IMG/VR virus record: IMGVR_UViG_3300009503_000019
Span: 32,001-96,000 of that record
Direction: 5' to 3' (one strand)
Length of the DNA stretch: 64,000 nucleotides
DNA from: a virus
Shown: one piece after another, positions 9,501 to 18,553 of the stretch
How positions within the stretch are numbered: position 1 is the stretch's first letter
Layout: every line of letters starts with the position of its first letter
Position numbers and translations under genes: made by a program
Notes under the pieces: generated by a model
Databases searched by the model: none
Told to the model about the DNA's origin: nothing
The model's input: only the letters and a program-made list of their open reading frames with translations

Positions 9501-12500
9501 ATAAATGTTGAAAAACAAGGTACAACTTTTAGATTATTACCCCTAACTGATAAAGATGTCACTGAAATTGCAAAAATAAAAATAGAAAATCCGAGGACGG
9601 TATCTGGTGCAGAATTAAAACCCGAAAAAGGAGGTTTATTTGACCCGGCATTAGGAGGATTAACAGGAACACGCTGGGGATATATTCAATTAGCTGAACC
9701 GATGCCAAATCCTATCGTAGAAAAAGCATTATTACAAATATTACAATTAAGTTCTGCTCAATTTGAAGATTTGATTGCTGGTAAAACTGTTAATGGTATT
9801 CAAGGAATAGAAGGATTAAAACAATACTTAAAAAATTTAGATATTGATAAATTAATTACTCAGTATCAAGAAATGGCAAAGAATGCTCGTTTAGATGAAT
9901 TGGATAAATATAATAGAATAATAAGATTTTTAAAAGGACTAAAAGAAGCTAAAATAAAACCAGAATCATTAATAATAACAAAAATACCAGTAATTCCACC
10001 AAAAATGAGACCTATTTATGTGAAAGATGATCAGGTTATTTATTCTCCATTTAATGACTTGTATAAGCATTTATTGATGGCAAATGAATTATTAGAAAGA
10101 ACAAAAGAACTTCCTGAAGAACATCGTGCTTCTATACGATTAAAAGCTTATGAAGCCTTAAAAGCTATTGCAGGATTAACTGACCCCATTTCACCTGCAT
10201 TTTCAAAACGGCCTGTTCAAGGAATTTTATCAATGATTGCAGGTCCAACTCCTAAATTAGGATATTTTCAGTCTAAACTTGCACGTAAAGAGCAAGATTT
10301 AGTAGGAAGAACTGCAATTATTCCAGAACCAGATTTACATCCTGATGAAGTTGGATTGCCGTATGAGATTGCATGGAAGATATTTGAACCATTTGTTATT
10401 CGTAAACTTATTCAGCAAGGATATACAAAAATTCAAGCTGTTAAGAATGTAGAAGATAGAACTCCTATAGCAAAAGCTGCATTAGAAGCAGTTGCAAAAG
10501 AAAGATTAGTTTTATTAAATAGAGCACCAAGTTTGCATAAATATAATATACTTGCATTCAAACCCAGACTCATTGAAGGAAATGCAATGAAAATACCTCC
10601 ATTAGTTGTTGTTGGCTTTAATGCTGATTTTGATGGCGATGAGCAGCTAGGGTCGATATTGATTTCAGTTAAAAAAGATTTTAAATTACAGAAATGGTAT
10701 TTAGATTTGATAAAAACTGGGGCCAGAATAATGTTCGATAAAAATGCGAAAATACCCATTAAATCAGATCGTGAATATTTTATTATTAATCTTGCGGATT
10801 TTCCGAGACTTCATTTAGTAGCTTCTAAAAATCATATAGATTTTTATGCAGTTCCAGACGATATTGAAGTACTGGCATACGACGAGAAAATTCATACGAT
10901 TTCATGGCAAAAAGCGACTTCATGGTCGTTACATCATAAAAGAAAAATTTGTTTTATCAATTTGAAATCAGGCAAACAAATTGTGTCTGATGATGATCCA
11001 AGGGCAGTTTATGGGATAGATCCAGTTACATTAGAATACGGACGGTGGAGACCTGCAGAAAGTATTGGTAAATTAGTGCCGGTTGTAAAAAATTTGAAAT
11101 TGCAAGAATATGTAAAGCAAATAAGCACCAAAGGTTGTCCTTACTGGAAATTGAAGAATTGTCTAAAAGAAACAATAGAATTGAATGAGGAATTTGGTTA
11201 CTTACTTGGTTATATTATAGGCGACGGCTGGATATCTTATACAAAAGACGAAGAAAAAAATGTAAGCATTGCTATTGATCCAAAAAATTCAGAGCTCAAA
11301 AAACATTTGATTTCAATAACGAAAAAACTTTTCAATAAAAAATATAATCTCATTAGTGAACAAAAAGTATCAAAATCAAAGTGGCAATCTTCCAAAATAA
11401 CAATCAATTCCAAACAACTTGCATGGTTAATTTCTCCATGGATTGGTAAAAATGCAGAAAATAAACATTTACCTCCATTTACATTAATTTCTCCGGAAGA
11501 ATTCAGACGAGGATTATTAGCTGGTTTAATTGATTCAGATGGTAGCATCTCAATCTCTCATGCTAAGTCCAAACCACAATTACTTATAAATTTATCAACT
11601 GCAAGCATACGACTGGCACAGGAAATACAATTGCTAGCAAAAAGTTTAGGAATCCCTGCTTCTATAACTGCATATAATGGTGGAATGAAAAATAGCAAAA
11701 ATTATATGATTAATTTTTCTAATTATCATTTCCAGAAAGCTAATTTGAATATTAAACATCCTGAAAAAAGAAGAAAATTGTTATCAATTTCGATTGAATC
11801 TTCTCCTGGTTTGATGTCTCATGATTTAGTTCCATTTAATTCAACACTGGCGGAAATTATTATGAAACGAATAAATCGCAATAAAGAATGGAGTTTGTAT
11901 GTAATAGTGCAGAGGTATAAAAATTTGAATTATATAACTCGTTCTTCAGCATTAAAAATTCTAAAAATTGTTGATAATGATGATCCATTATTTTTGAGAT
12001 GGAAGCAGATTGTATTGAATGATTCAATAACATGGGATCCCGTAGTTTCTTATGAACAAACTGATATTGAAGAAGATGGTTATGATATCACCGTTCCAGG
12101 ATACGAAACATTTATGAACATTGAAGGAGTGATTTTATCAAACACAATGACTATTCATACTCCTGTAACTCAGGAAGCATTAGAAGAAGCACGTAGACTT
12201 TTGCCTTCAAATAACTGGGTACATGAAGCAAAAGGGACTATATTATTGATGCCACGTCATGAGGCAATTATTGGAATCTACAGATTGACTTCTGAAGGAC
12301 GCCAATTGAATATTACTTTCAACAATGAAAAGGAAGTGGAGGATGCTTATAAAGCAAATAAGATAAATTTCAATGATATTGTCAATGTCAAGGGAATAGG
12401 CAGGACGTCGTTTGGAAGAATAATTGTTAATAAAGTTTTACCTCCTGAATTGAGAGATTATAAATCTCAAATTGATGGTTCCAAATTACATGACATATTG

Positions 12501-14039
12501 ATGAAAATTTTTAGACGAGACCAAAAATTAGGAACTGATATTTCACATTATCTTGACAAAATAGGTAAAGAATTTGCATACTTATCTGGATATAGTTTAA
12601 GTTTGGATGATATAACACCAATTGATTTATCTGATATAAATCGTAAAATCAGAGAAACTATGCCGAAATTATCTTCTGATAAAGAAAGGCAAAAATTTTT
12701 ATCAGAATTAGCAGATAAAATAGATCAAAGGGTAATGTCTTCTAAAAGCCGATTAGTAGAGGCAATTAAATCTCGTGCAAGAGGAAAAGTTATTGATGCT
12801 AGACAAATTATAGGTGCACCTATTGTTGCAACTGATATTAATGACAATATTATACCCGCTCCTGTGAATACCAGTTATGCAGCAGGAATGTCTTTTTCAG
12901 ATTGGTTTAAATCAATATTTGGAGGAAGAAAAGCGGCAATAGATAAAGTAACTTCAGTGAGTGAACCTGGGATGATGACTAAAGAATTATTTTCAGCAAT
13001 GTCTTCATTTCGTATAGTAGAGCATGATTGCGGAACTAAAAATGGTGTTGAAATGGATTTAAATGAAGCGGATGCGTTAGATTATTGTTTAGCAGAAAAT
13101 ATTTATTCTCATGGAAGATTAATAGCAAAAAGGAATTCACCATTAACTTCAGATGTTGTAAATGCCTTAGTTGCACACAAAATAAATAGAGTTAAAGTTA
13201 GAACACCATTAACATGTGAATCCATAGATGGAGTTTGTCAATTATGTTATGGATTGGATAAATTCGGGCAATTTCCATCAATTGGAGAATATGTTGGAAT
13301 TAAAGCTGCACAATATATAGGCGAGCCGATGACACAATTAATTCTTTCAAGAGCCCATTTTGGTGGAACCAAAGGTGCACCATCATTACAGGGATATAAA
13401 TTATTTGAAAACATATTAAATTTTTCACCTTCAATTCGTCCTCGTGCAACACTTGCTAAATTAGATGGGAGAGTTCAAAAAATTTTGATTAATCCGGACG
13501 GATCTAAAGATGTGTTAATAGATGGAGTTAGTCATCCTGTTTCAAGAGAAAGTGTGGTTACAGTTAAAACTGGAGAAATTGTAAAAAAAGGACAACAAAT
13601 TTCAGAAGGAATTCCGCATCCTGTAGATGTATATGCTACTAGAGGGATGATGGAAATGAGAAAATATTTGTCAGAGCAATTAAGAAAAATATATTATGAT
13701 AATGGACTTAAAGTGGATAAAAGAATGTTTGATGTATTGGCAAAGGCTATGACAAATACCGGAATTATTACTGATCCTGGTGATTCTGATTATATAATAG
13801 GAGATAAAGTTTCAATAGATAAAATAGAAAATAAAAATAAAGAATTGAAGCACCCAATAAAATATACACCTGTTTTTCGTGGATTGCCCCATCAAGTCTT
13901 GCTTTCAACAGATTGGTTGAATAGAATTTCAAGAAAGGATATAAAAAATACATTGGTAGAAGGAACGATTAGGCAGTGGACTGGAGATATTTCAAGGTAT
14001 CCAATACCTGCATTCGCTTATGGAGTTGAGCTAAAGTGA
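6543..14039 (+). CDS. rpoBC: DNA-directed RNA polymerase, fused beta-beta' subunits, intein-containing
   Basis: Beta motifs GDKLVGRFGEKG, NPLSVISRIN, YIFKLEH. Beta' motifs GGLFDP, PVIPPKMRP, LNRAPSLHK, NADFDGD, DCG, CQLCYG, GEPMTQ. Confidence 0.95.
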   Translation: MLKGYIEAIQNLFPIDSPNYTINVSNITPKIKEDVFIPENIKKMKLEGKILTTPIYADVTITDKNGKVISSRKQMKIAEIPALIPATNSYLGGKGKEITILGQFRFKPGIYTIIPSSGNVKTTFHLKGTSFHLTSDAGKLYFTVDSKHFAIYPILKFFGITDNDIINNFGNKFLEDNKIDISPAEMERLIKRFYKNISRDQRSEDEISINDIITYFSGNIFDPNVNKVTLGQDFSQLNKETLLAAIKKFLNVSTGVEPPDSKDLLIFKRFHNVNDFIKERIEGLKWQLKKKIQRNLELHPEEIRRVLPTGLLSKPSFELLNSSVASMEKYTNPASILSAMTKMTYLGEGGLQTEYAATPEMRNFNFSMLSTLDPIQMPESEKIGLVFHAALGANVDNQGNITKIVFNHKTGKYETISGTDFWIKNIAFPDQYENGKFKNPNSVKVMNEGKIKYVKSKDVDYILPMSTSFSMLSSLIPMISSFHPTRALIASKMIGQALALKNKEAPLVQSEIPSELLEIRKQLHPELTGALSDHLEHSNSFEELLGAKYSVVSPVNGTVTLVSKDEIVITDKKGEKYRFPLYNNFPVYPDSFIHQEPIVKVGDKVSKGMPLAKSNFTDGKTLALGTNLLTAYIPFKGYNYEDAIVISESASKKLTSERIIHEYFEIREGMILDKNKFRAIFPTLLLEENARKLDDDGVVKKGAIVKKGEILIAALMPRIITPDEYQLMRIHRKLVPKYRDASLVWNRENDGEVIEVRKTRHSISLLIKTSDPAEIGDKLVGRFGEKGLIAYIVPDSEMPRTKDGKVIDVIFNPLSVISRINTGQLVELALGKVAQKQGKPIYVPLFTKQNYVEYAKKLLKDHGLSDTETLIDPKTGKEIPNVMVGPKYIFKLEHEIKDKLDARYKGSYDMDLAPARQGEEGAKALDTYTAYGLFAHGALANLKEMATYKAEKNDAFWDAIENGFMLPAPKPTFAMDKFLAMLKSAGINVEKQGTTFRLLPLTDKDVTEIAKIKIENPRTVSGAELKPEKGGLFDPALGGLTGTRWGYIQLAEPMPNPIVEKALLQILQLSSAQFEDLIAGKTVNGIQGIEGLKQYLKNLDIDKLITQYQEMAKNARLDELDKYNRIIRFLKGLKEAKIKPESLIITKIPVIPPKMRPIYVKDDQVIYSPFNDLYKHLLMANELLERTKELPEEHRASIRLKAYEALKAIAGLTDPISPAFSKRPVQGILSMIAGPTPKLGYFQSKLARKEQDLVGRTAIIPEPDLHPDEVGLPYEIAWKIFEPFVIRKLIQQGYTKIQAVKNVEDRTPIAKAALEAVAKERLVLLNRAPSLHKYNILAFKPRLIEGNAMKIPPLVVVGFNADFDGDEQLGSILISVKKDFKLQKWYLDLIKTGARIMFDKNAKIPIKSDREYFIINLADFPRLHLVASKNHIDFYAVPDDIEVLAYDEKIHTISWQKATSWSLHHKRKICFINLKSGKQIVSDDDPRAVYGIDPVTLEYGRWRPAESIGKLVPVVKNLKLQEYVKQISTKGCPYWKLKNCLKETIELNEEFGYLLGYIIGDGWISYTKDEEKNVSIAIDPKNSELKKHLISITKKLFNKKYNLISEQKVSKSKWQSSKITINSKQLAWLISPWIGKNAENKHLPPFTLISPEEFRRGLLAGLIDSDGSISISHAKSKPQLLINLSTASIRLAQEIQLLAKSLGIPASITAYNGGMKNSKNYMINFSNYHFQKANLNIKHPEKRRKLLSISIESSPGLMSHDLVPFNSTLAEIIMKRINRNKEWSLYVIVQRYKNLNYITRSSALKILKIVDNDDPLFLRWKQIVLNDSITWDPVVSYEQTDIEEDGYDITVPGYETFMNIEGVILSNTMTIHTPVTQEALEEARRLLPSNNWVHEAKGTILLMPRHEAIIGIYRLTSEGRQLNITFNNEKEVEDAYKANKINFNDIVNVKGIGRTSFGRIIVNKVLPPELRDYKSQIDGSKLHDILMKIFRRDQKLGTDISHYLDKIGKEFAYLSGYSLSLDDITPIDLSDINRKIRETMPKLSSDKERQKFLSELADKIDQRVMSSKSRLVEAIKSRARGKVIDARQIIGAPIVATDINDNIIPAPVNTSYAAGMSFSDWFKSIFGGRKAAIDKVTSVSEPGMMTKELFSAMSSFRIVEHDCGTKNGVEMDLNEADALDYCLAENIYSHGRLIAKRNSPLTSDVVNALVAHKINRVKVRTPLTCESIDGVCQLCYGLDKFGQFPSIGEYVGIKAAQYIGEPMTQLILSRAHFGGTKGAPSLQGYKLFENILNFSPSIRPRATLAKLDGRVQKILINPDGSKDVLIDGVSHPVSRESVVTVKTGEIVKKGQQISEGIPHPVDVYATRGMMEMRKYLSEQLRKIYYDNGLKVDKRMFDVLAKAMTNTGIITDPGDSDYIIGDKVSIDKIENKNKELKHPIKYTPVFRGLPHQVLLSTDWLNRISRKDIKNTLVEGTIRQWTGDISRYPIPAFAYGVELK
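10641..12143 (+). mobile_element. Intein with LAGLIDADG homing endonuclease (501 aa) in RNAP active-site motif
   Basis: Insert between NADFDGD and TMTIHTP. Ends GYDITVPGYETFMNIEGVILSN/T. Contains LLGYIIGDG and LLAGLIDSDG motifs. Confidence 0.9.
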
Positions 14040-14506
14040 TTGTATGTAAAAATTATACTATAGTTTCTGGTGTTGGTAGAGATGAAGATGAACTTGTTGC
14101 ATTTGATAAAGCATTAAAAAGTGCAGGATTGCATAGATTTAATTTAGTGCCTGTTTCAAGTGTGTTTCCTACTTTAGCTGAATATCATCCGCCAAGAGAT
14201 TTGAAGGAACTTGATCGTGGGGCAATCATTCATGTTGTTTTGAGTAAAATAAATGTGAAAAAAGAATTTGTAGATATATCGGCAGGAATTTGTTTAGCAA
14301 TTTCCAAAATAAGTGGTGGAGGGATCATAAGTGAATATTCGGGAGAAGTAAATAAGGAAAAATGTAAATCTATTCTAAGGGAAAGAGCCAATAAAATTGC
14401 AGAAACTCACGATCTTTTTGATATGACTATGGAATTTGAAATAATGAGTGCAAAATCTAATCCTGTAACTTATACTTGTTGTATAGCGGCAGTAGTTTTA
14501 TGGTGA
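14036..14506 (+). CDS. pdaD: Pyruvoyl-dependent arginine decarboxylase
   Basis: AFDKALKSAGLHRFNLVPVSSVFP with Ser-Ser self-cleavage site; IISEYSG glutamate. Confidence 0.85.
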   Translation: MIVCKNYTIVSGVGRDEDELVAFDKALKSAGLHRFNLVPVSSVFPTLAEYHPPRDLKELDRGAIIHVVLSKINVKKEFVDISAGICLAISKISGGGIISEYSGEVNKEKCKSILRERANKIAETHDLFDMTMEFEIMSAKSNPVTYTCCIAAVVLW

Positions 14507-14510
14507 AATA

Positions 14511-15386
14511 ATGGAACTAGCTTTAGAAAAAGCTAAAGTTATTTCAGTTGATCCAGAAAAAAGGACATTTACATTATTAACATTGAGAACAAAGAGAGAG
14601 ATTCGTTCTCCTTTTCCAGTTTCATTATATAGATCGCAAGATGGTGTTACAGGATTGTTATATATACCACAAAATGGTGATATATGCGTGGTATTATATG
14701 ATGAAAAATCTCCCGAAGTATATGTTTTAGGATTTATTTCTTCTGAAAATTTAATTAAGGAATTTCCCTTTCCCGTTGAGCAAGGAGATATCATTTTTGT
14801 TGGTGGAGAAAATAATTATATCCTTATGAATAAGCATGGATTAATTAGATTAATCGGTAGTCCAATGTGCAGATTAGATCTTATTCCACAGATAGCAAAG
14901 GAAGTAATGAGAGCTTTTTCTACACAATTCGATTTTCAAACACCTTATTGGGGAGAAAGAATTATAGTAGATGATTTTGGATATAATTATCGATTTCAAT
15001 TCAATGATTCCTCTACTGCTATCCCAACGGGTTATTTTTTTGTTTATGAAGTATTTGATTCAACAATGCAGCCAAGATTATCTATTCATATTGACAGATT
15101 GGGAAAATTAGAATATCAATCCGGATTAGTAAAAATGACTATTTTTAATAATATTGTAACAATTGATGGGATAATGCAATTAGATGTTAAAGCTCAAAAG
15201 ATAAATTTAGGCTCATCTCCGATGGCACCATTTGTGTTAGGTAATGTTTTAAATTCATTTTTAACTTCTTTGATCACCTGGTTAACTTCTCATACGCATC
15301 CAACTGCAATGGGTCCAAGTGGTCCTCCAGCTGCACCCCCACCGCAATTACCAAATATTCTATCTCAAATTATAACTGGGCAATGA
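14511..15386 (+). CDS. Baseplate central spike (gp5/gpV-like)
   Basis: N-terminal OB-like part (YIPQNGDICVV), beta-helix-like repeats, C-terminal HTH(P)...GPSGPP metal-binding tip. Confidence 0.7.
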   Translation: MELALEKAKVISVDPEKRTFTLLTLRTKREIRSPFPVSLYRSQDGVTGLLYIPQNGDICVVLYDEKSPEVYVLGFISSENLIKEFPFPVEQGDIIFVGGENNYILMNKHGLIRLIGSPMCRLDLIPQIAKEVMRAFSTQFDFQTPYWGERIIVDDFGYNYRFQFNDSSTAIPTGYFFVYEVFDSTMQPRLSIHIDRLGKLEYQSGLVKMTIFNNIVTIDGIMQLDVKAQKINLGSSPMAPFVLGNVLNSFLTSLITWLTSHTHPTAMGPSGPPAAPPPQLPNILSQIITGQ

Positions 15387-15568
15387 TTATATATAAGATA
15401 ATGCCTGTATGGCCAGATGATAAAGAAATGCATAAAAAATTGAAACAAAGAGGATATAGATTATGGAAAAAAGATGCAATTGTTTGTAATAGAAAAATTT
15501 TTCTTTTTCGTAAAAAAGATGAAGTTATTGATAAACCATATCCTTTTGGAAGGAGGAATGACGAATGA
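15383..15568 (+). CDS. Small hypothetical protein
   Basis: Coupled ORF in operon. Confidence 0.45.
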   Translation: MIIYKIMPVWPDDKEMHKKLKQRGYRLWKKDAIVCNRKIFLFRKKDEVIDKPYPFGRRNDE

Positions 15569-15867
15569 CCTATTTTTTAAGTGACGATGAGAAAAATGAG
15601 TTCAAGCAGGGTTTAAAAGTTAGAATTTCTGCGGCATTAACAGCATGTGATACAATTCCTGTGACTGGAACTATCAATGAAATAATTTCTGCTATTAGAG
15701 ATACAATTTCGGAGGAATTATCCAGTAAAATTACAAATGAATTACTTCAAAATATGACAATCATTATTCCGGCAAATACAGTAATCAAATTGAAAACTTC
15801 TACTGATTCAGTTACTGCTTTTACTATTACGGAAGATGTAACGGCAATAAGGGTTAAACTTGATTAA
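15565..15867 (+). CDS. Hypothetical protein (possibly virion-associated)
   Basis: GGAGG RBS, coupled to upstream ORF. Confidence 0.55.
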   Translation: MTYFLSDDEKNEFKQGLKVRISAALTACDTIPVTGTINEIISAIRDTISEELSSKITNELLQNMTIIIPANTVIKLKTSTDSVTAFTITEDVTAIRVKLD

Positions 15868-15873
15868 TTAAAT

Positions 15874-15902
15874 TTGACTTTAAATTTTTAATTTTGTAAA
15901 AT
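15874..15902 (+). promoter_or_regulatory. sigma70-like promoter
   Basis: TTGACT-N17-TAAAAT with TG extension. Confidence 0.6.
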
Positions 15903-15910
15903 CATTAAAA

Positions 15911-17902
15911 ATGTTAAAGACAAGTGAAAATTTTTATCAACTTTCAGATGATCCTTCATCATGGATTCCAGAGATTTCTCATATTTTTTCAGAACAGTTC
16001 CCGGAATTAGCAGAATTTGGTGCAGAAGTTAAGCTTTCTAAAGTAAATCCTGAAATTGGATTTGCTTTAGGCAGTATAACGATATTTTCTGATGTTGATG
16101 AAGTTCATATTCCTATTGTTATTCGTGAAAAAAAATTAGCTCCATTTGATATATTTGAGTATAAAAAAACTTATTATCCACTAAAGTCTTCAAAAATTAT
16201 AAATATACTGTATGCAGGTAAATTAGGATCACCTGTTGCTGCAATTCCTACCGAACGAGCAACACAACCGACAATGCTCGGTGAAATAATGCCACCTCCT
16301 TTCGGCTTGGGACCGCGCGCTGAATATTATACTGAAGTTAGGAGTTTGCCTAAAGGGGCATCATCATTATTTTTATCAATTTCAAAATCAACTTTTAGTG
16401 AAGAAGTAAAAAAAGCATATGACAAATTTATAAAAATAGCTCAATCATTGTCTTTGGTAGATACGGTTAGAACAATTTTAGACAAAATTTTATCTTTACA
16501 GAGTGGAATTGTTTCAGCAAAGAGTTATTTGAAAAATGAAATACGCCGGGTTCGTAGAAATGCATTTTTAATTAAAAAAATAGGACCAGATCAATATCAG
16601 ATTATTTTTAATCCAATCAACGAAATTTCCATGTCTTCTGCTGTAGTTAATTCAGATGGAATTATAAAATTATTAACTGCATTGAAATATGATATTCCTA
16701 CCGCATTTACAGATTTAGATTCTGGAAAAGTTATTTATTTTTCGCCTGAAATGCAACAATTAGTTCCTATTATACTCGAAAAAATAGATGGTCAACCTGT
16801 AATTAGTCCAGGAAAATATGTATTTATTACAGCTAATGGCAAAATTATTAGAGGATTGGTTATTAAAAATCTTTTTGGTGGTTGGATGTTATGGTCCGAT
16901 CCTTATGCAATATCAGATTCTTTATATGGTGTGAAAGAATCTGATTATATTGAAAAAACTCCATTTGTAGATGAATGTTCTCCAGGACAGACAATTTTAT
17001 TACGAATCATTTCTTGTAATAACTCTATAGGATTGGGTCCAATTAAAGTCTTCAGAGTTATTTCAAAAAGAGCTTCCTGTGAAGCAAAGCCTGTGATGAA
17101 ACTTGAAAATGCAGAATTTCCAAAGCTTATTGGTAAGATTTTGACGATAACTGGTAAATATGGAGATTTTCCAATAAAGATAGAAATTAGCCCCTTTAAA
17201 AATGAGAATAAAATAATTAATTTACAAAAAAGTGCAATAGGCGAAATAGAAATTACAATTTGTGGAGCACCTGTTGATATACTTCCTGTAACTTATGAAG
17301 TTACTTTACCAACTAACGAGCAGGAATTCTATGATTATTTGTCATTGTTCAAACGACCTGTTAATGTTGAATATCTTGGTGATGAAACTTATATGATTGC
17401 AAGTAATGGTGAAAAATATAAAGTTGATGGAACAGACAAATTAGTTTTATCATTGATATCAATGACAATACCAAAAGAGAGTGCTATGAAAATTGCTTCT
17501 GCAACCAAAACGGTTAGGAAATTAACACTTCTTGGTCCAAGTTTAACGAATAAAAAAGAAATTCCATTAGAAAAGATAGGAGTATCAAGTCAAAAGATAA
17601 AAGATATTCTTGGGATATCCGATGATTTAATAAAATCCGCAATTGTATCAAGAGAAGGATTAACAATTGATACTGTATTTTCTTTAAATTTAATAACACC
17701 ACAGAATATTCAAAAATTTATTGAATCCGTGCCTATAATCAGAGAAACCGTGAATCATCTTGCAAAATTACTTATATTTTCAAGATTAGGTTTCAAAGAA
17801 TTTTCAGAAGAAGATTTATCTTACTTAATGAAAAAATTAGATGAAATTGCTGATAAATTAGAATCATTAAAAATAATCTATAAATTAAAATCAATGGCAT
17901 AA
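15911..17902 (+). CDS. Large hypothetical, probable virion/head-associated protein
   Basis: 663-aa ORF with several K-x-A motifs (KIAQ, KSAI, KIAS). Confidence 0.5.
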   Translation: MLKTSENFYQLSDDPSSWIPEISHIFSEQFPELAEFGAEVKLSKVNPEIGFALGSITIFSDVDEVHIPIVIREKKLAPFDIFEYKKTYYPLKSSKIINILYAGKLGSPVAAIPTERATQPTMLGEIMPPPFGLGPRAEYYTEVRSLPKGASSLFLSISKSTFSEEVKKAYDKFIKIAQSLSLVDTVRTILDKILSLQSGIVSAKSYLKNEIRRVRRNAFLIKKIGPDQYQIIFNPINEISMSSAVVNSDGIIKLLTALKYDIPTAFTDLDSGKVIYFSPEMQQLVPIILEKIDGQPVISPGKYVFITANGKIIRGLVIKNLFGGWMLWSDPYAISDSLYGVKESDYIEKTPFVDECSPGQTILLRIISCNNSIGLGPIKVFRVISKRASCEAKPVMKLENAEFPKLIGKILTITGKYGDFPIKIEISPFKNENKIINLQKSAIGEIEITICGAPVDILPVTYEVTLPTNEQEFYDYLSLFKRPVNVEYLGDETYMIASNGEKYKVDGTDKLVLSLISMTIPKESAMKIASATKTVRKLTLLGPSLTNKKEIPLEKIGVSSQKIKDILGISDDLIKSAIVSREGLTIDTVFSLNLITPQNIQKFIESVPIIRETVNHLAKLLIFSRLGFKEFSEEDLSYLMKKLDEIADKLESLKIIYKLKSMA

Positions 17903-17908
17903 ACATAG

Positions 17909-17937
17909 TTGAAAAAATTATGAGGTTTTATTAAAAT
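17909..17937 (+). promoter_or_regulatory. sigma70-like promoter with no downstream CDS
   Basis: TTGAAA-N17-TAAAAT pointing into a GC-rich intergenic island. Confidence 0.45.
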
Positions 17938-17943
17938 GTTTTC

Positions 17944-18020
17944 AGCCCATGCCCTTCTCTTCCTCCTCCATACACGCCTCCTGCAGGAGGGAGACAACAA
18001 TCTCCCTCCTGATAAATTTG
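17944..18020 (+). ncRNA. Candidate small RNA / bidirectional terminator
   Basis: About 59% GC island; perfect 11-bp hairpin CAGGAGGGAGA/TCTCCCTCCTG (17984-18011); 14-bp palindrome at 17977-17990. Confidence 0.35.
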
Positions 18021-18026
18021 TTTAAT

Positions 18027-18386
18027 TTATCCTCCTTTTACTACTGTTCTAATAAAAGTTTGTGTTCCTCTTAATGGTCGAAATGGTACTGGTTCAGGAT
18101 ATCTTTCAATTATTTTTATTGGATAAAAATACAATTTATTCGGGAATCCCCACCATTTCATTGCTTCTTCTTGTGTGACTTTATGAATTGCTCTTAATTT
18201 TTCAAATTCTTTTCTTGATATCAATTTTGGTTCTTGTAATGAAATAATTCCCAGTATTCCTTCCGGTCCAACAAGTGCTAATGGAATATTTATCATTTTT
18301 GGATAATATCTTTTCTTCAGTAAAGCTTTTTTCTTTTGTTCAATTATCCATTGTGCGTGTGGAGAGATTATATATATTCCACGCAT
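18027..18386 (-). CDS. ASCH/PUA-like domain protein
   Basis: GIYIISPHAQWIIEQKKK...LYFYPIK...YPEPVPF..RGTQTF pattern typical of ASCH-like folds. Confidence 0.55.
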   Translation of the reverse strand: MRGIYIISPHAQWIIEQKKKALLKKRYYPKMINIPLALVGPEGILGIISLQEPKLISRKEFEKLRAIHKVTQEEAMKWWGFPNKLYFYPIKIIERYPEPVPFRPLRGTQTFIRTVVKGG

Positions 18387-18470
18387 GAAGGAATTTTAGA
18401 AAAAATTGTTATAATATTCAATGTTAAGAAATTTTTGAAAAAAAAGAAAAAAATAAGTTTTTAACTTTTA

Positions 18471-18553
18471 TGCGTCGGCTCCCCCCGCCGTCTCTTCCTT
18501 ATCACCTCTCTTGGGCTTATACCCATTGGAGCGGCCGCAGGGAGCCGAACGCA
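18471..18553 (+). ncRNA. Candidate structured small RNA
   Basis: About 64% GC; terminal inverted repeat TGCG-TCGGCTCCC/GGGAGCCGA-A-CGCA, pyrimidine-rich bubble, inner hairpin TGGG-CTTATA-CCCA. Confidence 0.4.

Noticed and set aside
10641-12143. Class 3 intein assignment
   Set aside because: Block F position 4 is Asp, not the obligatory Cys.
6501-13953. Antisense ORFs inside the RNAP gene (and similar shadows inside terL, polA, dnaB, the ligase gene and the cargo array)
   Set aside because: Fully overlap well-supported genes, lack RBSs and motifs; expected shadow ORFs.
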